From: Clostridia bacterium
GTDB taxonomy: Bacteria > Bacillota > Clostridia > Oscillospirales > CAG-272
Length of the DNA: 64,000 nt
Reading direction: 5' to 3'
Assembly (NCBI GenBank): GCA_017547655.1
Contig: JAFYPF010000001.1
Location: forward strand, 72,643 to 136,642
Part shown: one piece after another, positions 28,145 to 34,881 of the stretch
How the letters are laid out: the number at the start of each line of letters is the position of its first letter
Numbering within the stretch: position 1 is the first letter of the stretch
The notes under the pieces: generated by a model
What the model was told of the DNA's origin: nothing
Seen by the model: the letters and a program-made list of their open reading frames with translations, nothing else
Database searches by the model: none
Program-made: the position numbers and the translations under genes

Positions 28145-29002
28145 TTAAGTATATTTTAGATTTTCAAAATATACCTTCGGGGTTGTCCCGATATGTTTTT
28201 TGAACAATCTGTATCCGTATGATATATCGGTTATACCCACACATCGACAAGCGTCATCAAAACTTATATCCCGTGTCTTTTTTAGTTCTATAAGCATATG
28301 TATTTTTTCTCTTGCTATATATTGTCCTATCGAGGTTCCTTCTACCTTACTGAAAACAGAATTAAGATAGTTGGGGGATTTGCCTATATCTTTTGCAACG
28401 TCTGCAAGGGTAAATTGTTTTGTTATGTTGGCTGAAATATATCTTTTTATCTTATAACACAAAATTGAAGATGAAATATCGTTCTTTTCAAAAAGTGTAC
28501 TTTTACATATTTGTGATAATTCACCTAAAAGCCCCAACGTGGTTATAGCGCAAGCTAACGAGTTGCTTTCGGTGGCATTGTAGTCGTTTACTATTTGGAT
28601 TAACTTTTTTGATAACCTTTTTGTCTCTTCCGACGGAGGAAGATAGAACGGTAGAAGAAGTACATTTTCGGTGGAATTAAATGTTTCTGCGACATTGTCT
28701 GTCAGGGTGCAGTCGTAGTCAAGCTCAATGTCACAGGTATAATGCATATGGATTATACCTTTTTCTGCTTTAAATATCGACGGACCTGATTTTCGGCAAA
28801 AAATCAAAAAGCTTCCTTGCGGAACTCTTTCGTGTTTTCCGTATATTTCTACATCAAAATATCCGTTTTTTACATATACAAGCTCAATCTGTGAGTTTGA
28901 AGTAAAATATTCCTGTTTGTAATCTTTCTTGGCAAAATAATGGGCAAATTTCACGCTTGGGAGTGATTTTGGAACTATCTTGTAGTATAACATTTCTATC
29001 AC
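28145..29002 (-). CDS. AraC family transcriptional regulator (N-terminal cupin-like sensor, C-terminal HTH)
   Basis: 285 aa. The C-terminal double HTH has LADVAKDIGKSPNYLNSVFSK...FKKHIGTTPKVY. Confidence 0.85.
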   Translation of the reverse strand: MIEMLYYKIVPKSLPSVKFAHYFAKKDYKQEYFTSNSQIELVYVKNGYFDVEIYGKHERVPQGSFLIFCRKSGPSIFKAEKGIIHMHYTCDIELDYDCTLTDNVAETFNSTENVLLLPFYLPPSEETKRLSKKLIQIVNDYNATESNSLACAITTLGLLGELSQICKSTLFEKNDISSSILCYKIKRYISANITKQFTLADVAKDIGKSPNYLNSVFSKVEGTSIGQYIAREKIHMLIELKKTRDISFDDACRCVGITDISYGYRLFKKHIGTTPKVYFENLKYT

Positions 29003-29254
29003 CTCTTATAGCTATTATATAATATTATAGTTGTTTTGTCCATAAAAAATAAATTGTTTATTGAAATTCTTTTAAAATACAGTAAAATAAAAAAAGATAT
29101 ATTTCATCTGCGGTTAAAGCTTGAATATAATTTTATTAACTATGGAGGTTTGGTTTTCTGCTACAAGATTGATTTGAAATTTGTGCAAAGGCAAGAGTGA
29201 GACCTACTAAAACGAAATTTGTCTCAATTCGTTTTTTTTTGTTATATTTAACTA

Positions 29255-29283
29255 TTGATATAATTTTTAAAATGGTATATAAT
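29255..29283 (+). promoter_or_regulatory. Sigma-A type promoter for AEC transporter gene
   Basis: TTGATA (29255-29260), a 17-nt spacer, then TATAAT (29278-29283). Confidence 0.5.
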
Positions 29284-29329
29284 TACCGACGGAAGTTCTT
29301 ATAGTTTTATTATTTTAGGCTGGTGAATT

Positions 29330-30304
29330 ATGGAAGTTTTTAGGTTGACTGTCAGTCAAATGCTTGTTATATTCTTATTTATATTTGTGGGGTATTTACT
29401 GCGAAGATATAATGTGGTTGAAAAAAATGCCTATGCAAACCTTTCAAAAATGGAAATGTTTGTTTTTATGCCGGCGTTGAATCTATATACTCAAATGACA
29501 AAGTGTACGGTAAAAAATTTTAAAGAGAATGCTCCGTTGATTTTGTACGGCGGTGTTATAATTATTGTTGCTATTTTGATTGCGAGTTTTCTTTCAAGGT
29601 TTTTGGTTAGAAATTATAAGGAAAATAAAGAAGCAGAATATCAAAGAAATATATATAAATATGCCATTGCTTTTGCGAACTACGGTTTTTTCGGTAATTT
29701 TTTGGTTTTGTCAGTTTTTGGCGATGATATGTTGTTTAAGTATTCGATGTTCTGTCAAATTTTGAACATATTTACATACGCTTGGGGAATGTATGTACTA
29801 ATCCCGAAAGATAGAAACGCCGGAATTATGAGAAATTTAATTAGAGGTGTTACTTCAGTTCCTATGTTAGCTATCTACTTGGGTATGATACTCGGACTGA
29901 CGGGTGTCGGAGATAAGATACTTGAGGTAATGTTTATAAATACAGTTTTGAAAAATGCTTCTGACTGTATGGGGCCTATTGCAATGTTACTTGCAGGTAT
30001 GGTGCTTGGTAACTATCCTTTGGGGGATTTGTTTAAAGAAAAAAGAGTATATATAGTTTCGTTATTGAGACTTATACTAATACCTGCATTCTTTGTTGTT
30101 GTGCTTAAGCTTATTGGTTCAAATGATATAGTAATAATGCTTACATTGATTGCATTTGCCGCTCCCTTGGGACTTAATACTATTGTGTACCCTGCAGCGT
30201 ACGGCGGAGATACTAAAACAGGCGCGTCTATGGCGTTGATTTCAAGCTTATTTGCCGTTGCTACGTTGCCTATAATGTATTATATTTTTATACAGCTTTG
30301 GTAA
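29330..30304 (+). CDS. AEC (auxin efflux carrier) family permease
   Basis: 324 aa with about 10 TM segments in two halves. The overall pattern is that of the Mem_trans family. Confidence 0.75.
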   Translation: MEVFRLTVSQMLVIFLFIFVGYLLRRYNVVEKNAYANLSKMEMFVFMPALNLYTQMTKCTVKNFKENAPLILYGGVIIIVAILIASFLSRFLVRNYKENKEAEYQRNIYKYAIAFANYGFFGNFLVLSVFGDDMLFKYSMFCQILNIFTYAWGMYVLIPKDRNAGIMRNLIRGVTSVPMLAIYLGMILGLTGVGDKILEVMFINTVLKNASDCMGPIAMLLAGMVLGNYPLGDLFKEKRVYIVSLLRLILIPAFFVVVLKLIGSNDIVIMLTLIAFAAPLGLNTIVYPAAYGGDTKTGASMALISSLFAVATLPIMYYIFIQLW

Positions 30305-30425
30305 AAGAAGTTAACGCAAAATGGAGAGTTTATAAATTCACTTGACATATCTGCAGTGTTGGAGCAATACTTATTGTTGACATTTACTTTTAGATAAAAA
30401 TATATTGAAAAATTTTAAAAAGCTC

Positions 30426-30454
30426 TTGACATTTGCAATTTATGGTGCTAAAAT
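30426..30454 (+). promoter_or_regulatory. Sigma-A promoter driving the T-box leader
   Basis: TTGACA (30426-30431), a 17-nt spacer, then TAAAAT (30449-30454) with TGn immediately upstream. Confidence 0.7.
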
Positions 30455-30481
30455 ATATAAAAATTTGAATATCACAAACAA

Positions 30482-30749
30482 CGACTATGATGAAGACGGT
30501 CGGAATGAGAAGCTTTTCAGAGAGTTGCCGGTGGGTGCGAGGCAATAGTAGATTTTTCCAATGACCTATCACTTCTGAGTCGGAGGACCGAAAGGTGTTG
30601 TCCGAGTAGACTCCTTCCGTATTGCTGCGTAAAAGCAAAGAGCTTGTTTGAGCTTGTTAAGTGACGGTGAAGAATTGATTTACCGTAATTTGAGTGGTAC
30701 CGCGGGTTTGATAACTCGTCTCAAAGAATTCTTTGGGGCGAGTTTTTTT
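30482..30749 (+). promoter_or_regulatory. T-box riboswitch leader (probable Ile, AUC specifier) with antiterminator/terminator
   Basis: - Stem I base cgact (30482-6) / agtcg (30578-82), and a GA/K-turn element (atgat).
- Helix gaag (30492-5) / cttc (30572-5).
- AGAGAG bulge at 30519-24 and a GGUGGGUGCGA distal loop.
- Specifier position AUC-A at 30568-71.
- T-box core aatttgagtggtaccgcg at 30687-30704.
- Terminator ctcgtctcaaag-aatt-ctttggggcgag plus T7, 30715-30749. Confidence 0.9.
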
Positions 30750-30809
30750 GTTTTATTCAAATCAGTAACCATTAAACAAAAACAGTTAGTGTTGAAAGGA
30801 GACAACAAA

Positions 30810-33113
30810 ATGGATTACAGTTTGAAAGACGTTGCAGGCAGAATCAAGGACCTGCGAGAAGCAAAAGGATACACACAAGAGGAGTTGGCAAAGCTCACAG
30901 GTGTATCGGCAGAAGATTATAAAGTTTTGGAAAAAGGCGAAACTGATTTTAGTTTTACTTTTATTTACAAGTGTGCAAAAGCTTGCGGTGTTGAAGTTGT
31001 AGATTTGCTTGAGGGAACAAGTACGACTTTGACTTCATTTGCTATCACAAGAAAAGGTGATGGTCTTAAAATTTTAAAACAGCATGGCGTTGAGTATAAC
31101 AACCTTGCGCCTAAATTTAAAGATAAACTTGCAGAGCCTTTCTTGGTTAAATTCCCATATCTTCCCGAGGAACAGAATGTTCCTATGAAGCTGAACTCTC
31201 ATAACGGTCAAGAGTTTGACGTTATTGTAAAGGGTTCGCTTAAGGTTCAGGTAGGTAATCACGTGGACGTGCTTAATGAAGGCGACTCGATTTTCTATAA
31301 CAGCCTTATTCCTCACGGTATGATTGCTGTCAGCGAGGGTGGCTGTGAATTCCATGCGGTTGTTCTTAATCCTCAAAATGGTCAGGTTAGTGAAGAATAT
31401 CCCGAAGCGCCCTATGTTGTTTCTAAAATTGTAGAAAAAGAAGAAAATACAACTACTGTTGCGGATAATTATGTAGAATCATTTTATGATGAAAACGGAG
31501 TATTCAGCGGAATCGAATTTAAAAATGATGATAAATTTAATTTTGCATTTGACTGCGTTGACGCTATTGCCGATAAGAACCCCGATAAACTTGCAATGCT
31601 GTGGGTTGGAAATGACAAATCCGATCGTAAATTTACTTTTAGCGATATGAAGAAATACTCGGCTAAAACAGCTAACTATTTTGAGTCACTCGGAATCAAA
31701 AAAGGTGATACGGTAATGCTCGTTCTTAAGCGTCATTATCAGTTCTGGTTCTGTATGCTTGCGCTTCATAAGCTTGGCGCAATTGCAATCCCTGCTACAA
31801 ATCAGCTTGTTGAACACGATTTTACATATAGATATAATGCTGCAAAGGTAAAGGCCATTGTTTGTACTGCTGACGGAGACGTATCTGCCGAAGCCGAAAA
31901 GGCGGCAGCTGAATTCCCCGATATGATTAAATTGTTGGTTGGCGGGAAAAAAGATGGTTGGAATGACTTTAACGTTGAAATGGAACGTTTTAGTACCCAC
32001 TACGCACGCACAGAAAATACACCTTGCGGCAACGATCCTATGCTTATGCTATTTACTTCGGGTACAACTGGTTATCCTCGTATTGCAACGCACTCATATA
32101 AATATGCATTAGGACATTATCCTACAGCAAAACATTGGCACAACGTAAATCCCAACGGTTTGCATTTCACAATTTCCGATACAGGTTGGGGTAAGGCGCT
32201 TTGGGGTAAGCTTTACGGTCAATGGCTCTGTGAGGCGGGTGTGTTCACATACGACTTTGACAGATTCCGTTCGGAAGATATACTTCCTATGTTTGCAAAA
32301 TACGGAATTACAACATTCTGTGCGCCTCCTACAATGTATCGTTTCTTTATTAAAGAAGATTTGTCAAAGTACGACCTTTCTTCTATTGAGTATGCAACGA
32401 CTGCCGGAGAGGCACTTAACCCCGAGGTGTTCAATCAGTTTAAGAAAGCAACGGGACTTACCATTATGGAAGGTTTTGGACAGACTGAAACCACACTTTC
32501 TATCGCAAACTTTGTTGGTTCTACTCCCAAAATCGGTTCTATGGGTAGACCGAGTCCTCTTTATGACGTTGTTGTTCTTGATCCCGACGGCAAGGAATGT
32601 AAAACGGGTGATACAGGCGAAATCTGTATTCGCGTAAAAGACGGCAAAGCACCTTGCGGACTCTTTATTGGTTATTATCTTGATGAAGAAAAGACAAAAG
32701 AAGTTTGGCATGACGGCTACTATCATACGGGCGATACTGCAACGATGGACGAAGAGGGCTACCTTTGGTACGTTGGTCGTATCGATGACGTTATCAAGTC
32801 TTCGGGTTATCGTATCGGTCCTTTCGAAATCGAAAGTGTAATTATGGAGCTTCCTTATGTTTTAGAGTGTGCAATTACACCTGTTCCCGATGAAGTTCGT
32901 GGACAGATTGTAAAAGCTACCATCGTTCTTGTAAAGGGAACTGTAGGTACTGATGAACTTAAAAAGGAAATTCAGGAATACGTTAAGACACATACAGCGC
33001 CCTACAAGTATCCCAGAATTGTTGAGTTTGTAGATGAACTTCCCAAGACTATCAGCGGTAAGGTAAGACGTGTAGAAATCCGTAAGAACGATATGGAAAA
33101 AATGAGCAAATAA
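30810..33113 (+). CDS. Fusion protein: XRE-family HTH + cupin sensor domain + medium/short-chain acyl-CoA synthetase (AMP-forming, ACSM/MACS-like)
   Basis: 767 aa counted from ATG 30810 (RBS aaaggagac).
- aa 1-65: HTH_3 (GYTQEELAKLTGVS).
- About aa 120-190: cupin (GDSIFYNSLIPHG).
- The rest is an adenylate-forming enzyme: LMLFTSGTTGYPR (A3), TAGEALN, GYYHTGD (A7), GRIDDVIKSSGYRIGP (A8), PKTISGKVRR (A10).
The upstream in-frame extension to 30648 lies inside the T-box RNA and is rejected. Confidence 0.88.
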   Translation: MDYSLKDVAGRIKDLREAKGYTQEELAKLTGVSAEDYKVLEKGETDFSFTFIYKCAKACGVEVVDLLEGTSTTLTSFAITRKGDGLKILKQHGVEYNNLAPKFKDKLAEPFLVKFPYLPEEQNVPMKLNSHNGQEFDVIVKGSLKVQVGNHVDVLNEGDSIFYNSLIPHGMIAVSEGGCEFHAVVLNPQNGQVSEEYPEAPYVVSKIVEKEENTTTVADNYVESFYDENGVFSGIEFKNDDKFNFAFDCVDAIADKNPDKLAMLWVGNDKSDRKFTFSDMKKYSAKTANYFESLGIKKGDTVMLVLKRHYQFWFCMLALHKLGAIAIPATNQLVEHDFTYRYNAAKVKAIVCTADGDVSAEAEKAAAEFPDMIKLLVGGKKDGWNDFNVEMERFSTHYARTENTPCGNDPMLMLFTSGTTGYPRIATHSYKYALGHYPTAKHWHNVNPNGLHFTISDTGWGKALWGKLYGQWLCEAGVFTYDFDRFRSEDILPMFAKYGITTFCAPPTMYRFFIKEDLSKYDLSSIEYATTAGEALNPEVFNQFKKATGLTIMEGFGQTETTLSIANFVGSTPKIGSMGRPSPLYDVVVLDPDGKECKTGDTGEICIRVKDGKAPCGLFIGYYLDEEKTKEVWHDGYYHTGDTATMDEEGYLWYVGRIDDVIKSSGYRIGPFEIESVIMELPYVLECAITPVPDEVRGQIVKATIVLVKGTVGTDELKKEIQEYVKTHTAPYKYPRIVEFVDELPKTISGKVRRVEIRKNDMEKMSK

Positions 33114-33128
33114 TCTTAAATATATAAA

Positions 33129-33170
33129 AAAGCAAAAGATTTGATTTTTTTCAATCTTTTGCTTTTTTTG
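33129..33170 (+). terminator. Rho-independent terminator after the fusion gene
   Basis: Stem agcaaaagatt (33131-41) / aatcttttgct (33153-63), followed by T6. Confidence 0.8.
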
Positions 33171-33302
33171 TTTAGAATCAAAGTTATCTAAACTTTTTCC
33201 TTATTTACTATTACTTATTACTTTTCAAAAAATTCGTATATAGATGTTTTTAGGGAAGAGGTAATAGGTAATAAGTAAAAAAAGCCGCATAAATGCGACT
33301 TT

Positions 33303-33414
33303 TTTCTGGTGGGCCATCAGGGACTCGGTCTCGCGCGACCTGCGCGCTCGGTCTTCCGCGGCTTTTGACAGTCCACCGGACTGTCAATTCACTACCGCTT
33401 CCCCTTCGAGTCCC
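33303..33414 (-). repeat. Duplicated tRNA 3'-end (25 nt) joined to a GC-rich structured segment; att-like scar or tRNA-derived small RNA
   Basis: Positions 33303-33327 are identical to 33460-33484, which span the tRNA T-loop through the CCA plus 4 flanking nt. The adjoining 33328-33414 is far more GC-rich than its surroundings. It contains gggactcg/cgagtccc closing arms, a perfect 10-bp hairpin (ttgacagtcc-ggt-ggactgtcaa on the minus strand) and a GCGCG hairpin. Confidence 0.6.
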
Positions 33415-33421
33415 TTTTCAG

Positions 33422-33456
33422 TACAAAAAAACAAAAAGACACTTGGTAGTGTCTTT
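33422..33456 (-). terminator. Rho-independent terminator immediately after the tRNA
   Basis: Minus strand aaagacac-uaccaa-gugucuuu (plus-strand 33435-33456), followed by a U-rich run (plus-strand A-run 33423-33434). Confidence 0.75.
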
Positions 33457-33463
33457 CTGTTTC

Positions 33464-33540
33464 TGGTGGGCCATCAGGGACTCGAACCCCGGACCAACCG
33501 GTTATGAGCCGGTAGCTCTAACCAACTGAGCTAATGGCCC
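33464..33540 (-). tRNA. tRNA with CAU anticodon; elongator type, features favour tRNA-Ile2 (lysidine-modified) over tRNA-Met
   Basis: 77 nt with encoded CCA: GGGCCAT-TA-GCTC-AGTTGGTTA-GAGC-T-ACCGG-CTCATAA-CCGGT-TGGTC-CGGGG-TTCGAGT-CCCTG-ATGGCCC-A-CCA. The cloverleaf is perfect. It is not an initiator, because 1:72 is paired and the anticodon stem has no 3x GC. C4:G69 and C5:G68 resemble the TilS determinants of E. coli tRNA-Ile2. Confidence 0.93.
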
Positions 33541-33566
33541 GATTTCTTTTTCAATCGGCTTTTAGA

Positions 33567-33595
33567 ATTATATCATAAGATAACTTTTATGTCAA
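33567..33595 (-). promoter_or_regulatory. Sigma-A promoter for the tRNA gene
   Basis: On the minus strand: TTGACA (33595-33590), a 17-nt spacer, then TATAAT (33572-33567), about 26 nt upstream of tRNA position 1. Confidence 0.7.
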
Positions 33596-33661
33596 TATTA
33601 CATCAAAAGAAAAGTGTAAACAAAATATGAACGGGAGGCGTTTTGCCTCCCACCCGTAATA

Positions 33662-34858
33662 TTACTTATCAAATGCATTTTCTGCAATGCTCTGTGGCTT
33701 TGTACCTTTATATATTACTTCTGTTAGGTTTACACATTGAGCAAACGCACTATCCTCAATAGTTTCAACAGAATCGGGGATAGTTATTTTTGTGAGTTTC
33801 AAAGACGGCGAAAATGCGCTTGCAGATATTTTCGTTACCGAATTCGGTATCGTATATTCAGTCGCTGTATTGGCTATAGGATAATAAAGCAACGTGGTCT
33901 TATCTTTATTGAACAGTACGCCTCGCGCATCTGACGTGAAGTTTTGGTTGTTATCAATAACAGTGAATTCACTTACAGAGGTACACATAAAGAATGCTGA
34001 AATCCCAACCACTTCTACTGTTTCGGGGAAATATACACTTTCAAGTTCAGTGCACCAAGCAAACGCCGATTCGCCTATCTTCTTTATAGACGTACCAAGT
34101 TCAATTGTATTAAGTTTTGATTCGTTAAAAGCAAAGCTGCCGATTTCTTCGAGCCCGTTCTTGAAGCTTATTTCCTTTAAACTTGACGCCTGAAATGCGT
34201 AGCTGCTTACTGTTTTTACCGTTTCGGGGCAGGTTACCTTTTCAAGATATTGCGCTTTTTCGAATGCGTAACTTGCTATAGACGTTACGTTATTGGGAAC
34301 CTCATAGTTTGTATTTTTACTGCCCAAGGGGTATTGAATAAGTTCTTTATTGTCTTTTGTGAATAATACGCCGTTTCTTACGCTGAAGTTCTTGTTGTCT
34401 GTTGAAATATCGATATTTTCCAAAGAAGTACAGCCGGTAAATGCGCATATACCGATAGCATTTACATTACTTGATATATCTACCTTTTTAAGCCCTCTGC
34501 AGTTTGCAAATGCAGTATTGCCTATTGTTTCAAGTGATTCGGGGAGTTTTATTTCTTCGATACTGATACAAAGCTCGAAGGCTGACTGACCAATCTTCTT
34601 TATTGTTTTTGGAAAAATAATTTCTGTTACATCATAGTTTTCCTTAAATGCATTTCTACCTATTTCTGTAACAATATAATCCCCAAATTTTTCCGGAATA
34701 ACAATGGATTCTTCATTTCCGTTGTATTTGGTTATTGTAACCGTCTTGTTTTCTTTGTCAAAATCGCACTCGAAGTCTCCTGTATCGGGAAGTTTTGCAC
34801 ACGCAAAGCAAGTTAATGTTATAGCTACAATTAAAGAGACAAAAATTAACCTTTTCAT
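33662..34858 (-). CDS. BspA-type leucine-rich-repeat surface lipoprotein
   Basis: 398 aa. The signal peptide has a lipobox-like LTCFAC motif. It is followed by about 12 tandem ~23-aa repeats of the pattern IP..V..IG..AF..C..L..I. Confidence 0.8.
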   Translation of the reverse strand: MKRLIFVSLIVAITLTCFACAKLPDTGDFECDFDKENKTVTITKYNGNEESIVIPEKFGDYIVTEIGRNAFKENYDVTEIIFPKTIKKIGQSAFELCISIEEIKLPESLETIGNTAFANCRGLKKVDISSNVNAIGICAFTGCTSLENIDISTDNKNFSVRNGVLFTKDNKELIQYPLGSKNTNYEVPNNVTSIASYAFEKAQYLEKVTCPETVKTVSSYAFQASSLKEISFKNGLEEIGSFAFNESKLNTIELGTSIKKIGESAFAWCTELESVYFPETVEVVGISAFFMCTSVSEFTVIDNNQNFTSDARGVLFNKDKTTLLYYPIANTATEYTIPNSVTKISASAFSPSLKLTKITIPDSVETIEDSAFAQCVNLTEVIYKGTKPQSIAENAFDK

Positions 34859-34881
34859 ATTTTTCTCCTTGGGGTAGGGGC

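Noticed and set aside
29061-29240. Possible orphan unit upstream of the AEC transporter gene. It consists of a TTGAAA-16-TAAAAT promoter-like sequence, an 11-codon mini-ORF (ATG 29142, MEVWFSATRLI) whose start loosely resembles the transporter's own start (MEVFRL), and a hairpin aaacgaa/ttcgttt plus T9 that could alternate with gagac/gtctc.
   Set aside because: The mini-ORF has no Shine-Dalgarno sequence. The similarity to the transporter's 5' end is only about 14 of 22 nt. The terminator stem has only two G-C pairs, and AT-rich DNA generates such motifs by chance. It may simply be the divergent AraC/AEC promoter region. This would be worth revisiting only with transcript data.
30390-30638. 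82-aa minus-strand ORF upstream of the fusion gene.
   Set aside because: It is antisense to the promoter and Stem I-III of the T-box leader. Its composition and lack of an RBS indicate a chance ORF.
30648-30809. The ORF track starts the fusion gene at 30648 (821 aa), adding 54 N-terminal codons.
   Set aside because: These codons lie inside the T-box core, antiterminator and terminator (30687-30749) and have no RBS. ATG 30810 is preceded by aaaggagac and starts exactly at the HTH domain.
33293-33529. 78-aa plus-strand ORF rich in Arg/Pro/Ser.
   Set aside because: It runs antisense through the GC-rich segment, a terminator and most of the tRNA gene. It is an artefact of the GC-rich, stop-poor sequence.
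33662-34858. Considered whether the BspA-like LRR lipoprotein gene is cargo of an element integrated at the adjacent tRNA.
   Set aside because: The gene lies on the 5' (promoter) side of the tRNA. The duplicated att-like sequence lies on the 3' side, so the LRR gene falls outside the bracketed segment. No mobility genes flank it.
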